A stretch of DNA of 64,000 nt from Eledone cirrhosa. Its lineage: Eukaryota. The stretch spans positions 314,774,001-314,838,000 of the forward strand of contig OZ024742.1 in the NCBI GenBank assembly GCA_964016885.1. Reading direction: 5' to 3'. The translations under genes and the position numbers were made by a program. The notes below the pieces were generated by a model that saw nothing but the letters and a program-made list of their open reading frames with translations, was not told the DNA's origin and did not search any database. Shown here one piece after another: positions 61,372 to 64,000 of the stretch (positions within the stretch are counted from its first letter, which is position 1; each line of letters opens with the position of its first letter).

Positions 61372-61554
61372 TCTACTTTAGGCACCAGGCCAGCAATTAC
61401 CCAGTGCATTACTAGTACTTTATTTTATCGACACCGTAAGGATGAAAGGCAAAGTCAACCTCGGCGGGATTTGAACTCAGATCGTAAAGGGACGTAACTA
61501 TGCTGGAAAGCATGGCGTCCGACCTTCTACCATACTGCAAATCCACCACCCTAT
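61372..61554 (-). mobile_element. SINE family A with TSD aacttaactgtt
   Basis: Family sequence with a flanking direct repeat. Confidence 0.82.
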
Positions 61555-61800
61555 AACTTAACTGTTATAATGACTGTTCGCACATAATGATTGCCGTGCT
61601 TTATGTGCGATATACCCAACTCACGCACATGCTTGAATTTAGTGTTTGCATTTAGGACAGTGAAGGTTGATAAATTATGGACTCGTCTACCCTCGTCTAT
61701 TGCTGTAATATTTGATTAAAAACTGCATACATACACACATGTACTATATATATATATATGGAAATCACATGAATCAAAGTTCTGTTCAAACCATTTATTA

Positions 61801-61845
61801 GCTTACAATTGTTTCGTCCAAACCGAGGTTTGGAGTCTTCGGAGC
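61801..61845 (-). ncRNA. Hammerhead motif with single core substitution (CCGAAGA)
   Basis: GCU CCGAAGA c UCCAAAC cucg GUUUGGA c GAAA CAAUUG UA^AGC, about 45 nt from (TA)n. Confidence 0.6.
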
Positions 61846-62008
61846 AATTTTTCAATGATTGTTTACATACACGATGTTATTACATTGAGCTATTTATCTT
61901 ACTGGTAATAAGGTAGTAATAAATTACTGTTTTTCACTGTTTAGGGTTTAAAATATATATAACTATAAAAAGTTTTAGTATATACATAACCATAAATAGT
62001 ATCCTTAA

Positions 62009-62087
<79 letters not shown>

Positions 62088-62131
62088 CATATATATATAT
62101 GTATATATATATATATACATATATATATATG

Positions 62132-62209
<78 letters not shown>

Positions 62210-62957
62210 TATATATATATATTTATATATATATATATGTGTGTGTGCGTGTGTATGTATAAATATATATCTATATCTGTATGTACATAGATATATATAC
62301 ATTTCTTTTCATCATTTTTCTAAAGTTTATGGAAGATAGTTTCGTTCTCTTCCCGAGCCTATAAAATATACACCTGTCATGTCTTCAGGAATGTCTAGTG
62401 TTATTTTACCATGAATAATATATTTGGGAATACAGATTTACGTTGTCAATTTTATATTCAAAAGTTGCCTGTATTCTGTTTTTTTAAATATTTCTCGAAA
62501 TATCATTCAACACTAAAACACACCAACTATTTATTATCTTAGAAAATAAACCACTTATTTACAATCGATTTATAGATTCGAGGAAATTATAAACATTCCT
62601 TAATTATATGTTCTAGTTAGCTAATATATTGTTTATATATTCTAGCTAGCTAATATATTGTTTATATGTTCGACATCTATGAACACCCAACTGTGTTAAT
62701 ATGAATAGTTTACATATTAATTTGACAAAGATTAATAATCGCATTAATCTTCGATATCGATGCACCTATATGTGATTGAATATAAGATAATTAAATTTGA
62801 TGGAATTGTATTTGTAACTACATATTTAATTGATTTATTTGAGTTAATACATAAATTAGTTATCATTTGGAAATTTATGTAATATCGATGTTTAATGAAG
62901 TGTTTAATTAACTAGAATTATATTTAAGTTATAATAGTAAAGCGCATGGTTTAGCGT

Positions 62958-63100
62958 GAAGGCGCATGGCTTACTGGTTAGAGCATTGAGCTTGCAATCG
63001 AAAGGTTGTGAGTTCAATTCTCGGACCGGGTGATGTGTTGTTTCCTTGAGCAAGACACTTTATCTCACGTTGCTTCAGTTTGCTCAGCTGTAGAAATGAG
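62958..63100 (+). mobile_element. tRNA-derived SINE family B
   Basis: tggcttactggttagag A-box, gagttcaattctc B-box and a ccttgagcaagacacttt core. Confidence 0.8.
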
Positions 63101-63399
63101 ATGGTAGGACTGAGATCCCTATCATTAAATCACCCAAAACACCTCCAGCGAGATATCCCTTGGAGGAGGCCAGCTAAACCTGCATAGGTGTGAGCTGTCA
63201 CACACACACACACACACAGGAAAGAAATTATAAAAAAATCCGATATTCAGATCAAACCACAGAAACTGTTCCCCTTAGGTGTTTTTTTTACAACCCCTGA
63301 CAGAAGTATCAATTATTTTCCGGTGACAGGATGTAGGATTTGTTTTCTAAAGTTACAGAACCGGAACATATACCAGCGCTTTGATAATTCCATTAATTT

Positions 63400-63521
63400 A
63401 GCAACATTTGGTTTAGTACTATATTTATCGATCTTTACGAAATGAAAGGCAACGTTGACATCGATGGGATTTGAACTCGAAGCTTAAAGATATTCTAACA
63501 CCTCTGTCAATTCATCGCCGC
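63400..63521 (-). mobile_element. SINE family A, degenerate
   Basis: tttatcg..atgaaaggc..gggatttgaactc. Confidence 0.55.
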
Positions 63522-64000
63522 ATAATGTACTATTATGCAATCAGTTATCAAAGTATAATATTATGATAATGCTTTTATAGTTCACAGTAAATTAATCCCT
63601 AATGAATCGAGTGGTTAAAAGAAAGTATAAAATGGTTCATGATATAACCTATGGTGCGCATCAAGTGTTAAACAACTAAATAGGTTATTTACATGAAGCA
63701 TATAACCAAACATTTAGCATACTTTGTGATAGGTTCAGCAACTCCATTCAGTGAATTAATAAGTGCTAGGATTAAAGAGTACATTAGTGATGTTGTGTGA
63801 TTATGTGATAGAAAGTGTTCCGGTGCTATTATTGTGATATAAGGTGTGGCTATTCGTCACCGAGTGATTGATGTGTACTATATCATCTAAATTGCAGATA
63901 GTTATACATGGCACTGTACAGATATGAAATATATTAGTAAATGCAAAGCTGGAAATGTTTTAGTGATAACGGATAGTAATCATAATTACAAAATATTACG

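Noticed and set aside
62958-63030. tRNA gene
   Set aside because: A/B boxes run into a SINE body and there is no complete cloverleaf.

Overview
AT-rich, microsatellite-dense animal genomic DNA, most likely an octopus/coleoid cephalopod (inferred from the tRNA-derived SINE families and extreme (TA)n density). The only host gene signal is two phase-compatible minus-strand exons (46459-46580 and 5401-5525) of a voltage-gated proton channel (Hv/HVCN1-like; S1 helix with the selectivity Asp), separated by a ~41 kb intron. The window is dominated by Penelope-like retroelement (PLE) activity targeted to (TA)n. It holds a near-intact RT+GIY-YIG PLE with 1.39 kb inverted arms, several PLE fragments and more than a dozen fold-back insertions. 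At least 8 sequence-unrelated families carry minimal type-I hammerhead ribozyme (HHR) motifs with palindromic stem III. The highlight is a nearly homogeneous 310-bp x ~9.4 non-coding tandem array with one intact hammerhead per unit (retrozyme/circRNA-like), lying sense within the Hv intron. A second ~420-435 bp HHR-bearing tandem family is also present. Other features are a decayed CRE-like RLE LINE, a hAT (Buster/Charlie-like) relic, a non-autonomous Helitron, RTE-type LINE fragments and many SINEs. All calls were made by eye; no searches or folding programs were run.
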